Assembly (NCBI GenBank): GCA_965220745.1 | Contig: CBDCQT010000010.1 | Location: 32,001 to 96,000 of the forward strand | DNA length: 64,000 bases | Source: Alphaproteobacteria bacterium | GTDB taxonomy: Bacteria > Pseudomonadota > Alphaproteobacteria > UBA828 | Reading direction: 5' to 3' | Part shown: in pieces, positions 62,924-64,000 of the stretch | How positions within the stretch are numbered: the first letter of the stretch is position 1 | Layout: each line of letters begins with the position of its first letter | The notes under the pieces: generated by a model | The model's database searches: none | Seen by the model: only the letters and a program-made list of their open reading frames with translations | What the model was told of the DNA's origin: nothing | Made by a program: the position numbers and the translations under genes

Positions 62924-64000
62924 GTGATCGCTCAGGCCATACTGCGGAGGCCGCCGGCGTTGATCGCCGTGATGTGCCTCGCCGAGGTGCTCGCGATGAC
63001 CGGCTTCGCGGCCTACTGGTCGCTGCTGCCAGTGCTCCAGGCCGAGTGGCACATGAGCAATGCCCTGGCCGGCTGGCTTTCGGGCGCATTCTTCGGCGGC
63101 TATGTCCTCGTGGTCGCGTTTCTGACCGCGATGACGGACCGGGTCGATGCCCGCTACGTCTTCATCCTGGGTGCGGCGCTGTCTGCCGCCGGCCTGGTCG
63201 GGCTGGCGCTGCTGGCAACGGGATTCTGGTCGGCTCTGCCGTGGCGCGTGATCGCGGGCGCGGGCCTCGCCGGCACCTACATGCCGGGCCTCAAGGTGCT
63301 CACCGACCGCCTGCCGCAAGAACGACAGGCGCGTGCCGTCGCCTTCTACACGTCCTCCTTCAGCATCGGCACGGCCGTGTCCTATTCCCTCGCGGGCGGC
63401 GCGCTGGAGTGGTTCGGCTGGCGCGGCGCCCTGCTGTTCACGGCCGCCGGCCCGGTCCTTGCCGGCATCGCGCTTGCGACGATCGTTGCACCAAAGCAGC
63501 CGGAAGCGGCCACCGAGGAACGCGGCCACGTGCTCGACTTCCGCCCGGTGCTGCGCTCGCGGGAGACCATGGCCTACATCATGGCTTACGCCGGCCACGG
63601 GGCCGAGCTCTTCGCCATGCGCTCCTGGATCGTGCCCTTCCTGGTGTTCTGCCTGGGCAGCGGCAGCGGACGCGAACTCAACGCCACGCTCTTCGCCACG
63701 GCGATCGCCCTCGCCGCGGTGGTGTCGAGCATCGGCGGAGCGGAGCTCGCGTTGCGAATCGGCCGCGTGCGTCTGCTCACGTGGGTGATGCTGGCGACCT
63801 TTGCGATCAGCGTCGCGGTCGGCTTTTCCTCGCCGCTGCCCTTCGCCGCAGTGGTGGTGCTTTGCCTGATTTATTCTGCCGCGATTCAGGCCGATTCTGC
63901 GGCGCTTACCGCCGGTGCCGTCGCGACCTCGCCGGTGGGTCATCGCGGCGCGACGCTGGCGGTGCATTCGACGCTGGGGTTCGGTGGCTCGCTGTTCGCG
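62924..64000 (+). CDS. MFS transporter, partial (runs off window)
   Basis: Manual translation from GTG 62924: hydrophobic helices, TDRVDAR motif A, GAGLAGTYMPGLK. Confidence 0.85.
   Translation, partial: MIAQAILRRPPALIAVMCLAEVLAMTGFAAYWSLLPVLQAEWHMSNALAGWLSGAFFGGYVLVVAFLTAMTDRVDARYVFILGAALSAAGLVGLALLATGFWSALPWRVIAGAGLAGTYMPGLKVLTDRLPQERQARAVAFYTSSFSIGTAVSYSLAGGALEWFGWRGALLFTAAGPVLAGIALATIVAPKQPEAATEERGHVLDFRPVLRSRETMAYIMAYAGHGAELFAMRSWIVPFLVFCLGSGSGRELNATLFATAIALAAVVSSIGGAELALRIGRVRLLTWVMLATFAISVAVGFSSPLPFAAVVVLCLIYSAAIQADSAALTAGAVATSPVGHRGATLAVHSTLGFGGSLFA

Overview
High-GC bacterial chromosome segment, probably alphaproteobacterial (inferred from CGTC-type REPs and gene content). Core or metabolic blocks: a partial hydantoinase A gene, an FMN alpha-hydroxy-acid oxidase carrying a C-terminal DUF1674/SDHAF4 motif, a pyrE/pyrF/pyrD/pyrC/pyrB cluster, isovaleryl-CoA dehydrogenase, a Baeyer-Villiger monooxygenase, a Liv-type ABC importer, tRNA-Leu(TAA), hydantoinase A/B, a GS-like ligase, a fused ABC exporter, two TPP E1 sets, F420 genes cofC-fbiC and an MFS gene. 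About 7.6-29.1 kb is accessory DNA: a REP>IS4>IS1380 nested insertion, then a decaying integrative mobilizable element (three RHH proteins, BrnT-HTH toxin-antitoxin, frameshifted MOBF/TrwC relaxase, integrase truncated by IS3). Its cargo is the top candidate for a new system: an AT-richer, translationally coupled six-gene operon (ParB-like, PD-(D/E)XK-like, SNF2 helicase, second ParB-like, radical SAM, GHKL/MORC ATPase) with no conventional DNA methyltransferase. It may be a DNA-modification-based defence system. A stand-alone OLD-type nuclease and two more TA pairs (Xre/MbcA-RES, ParDE) lie further right. All family calls come from motif reading by eye; no database searches were run.
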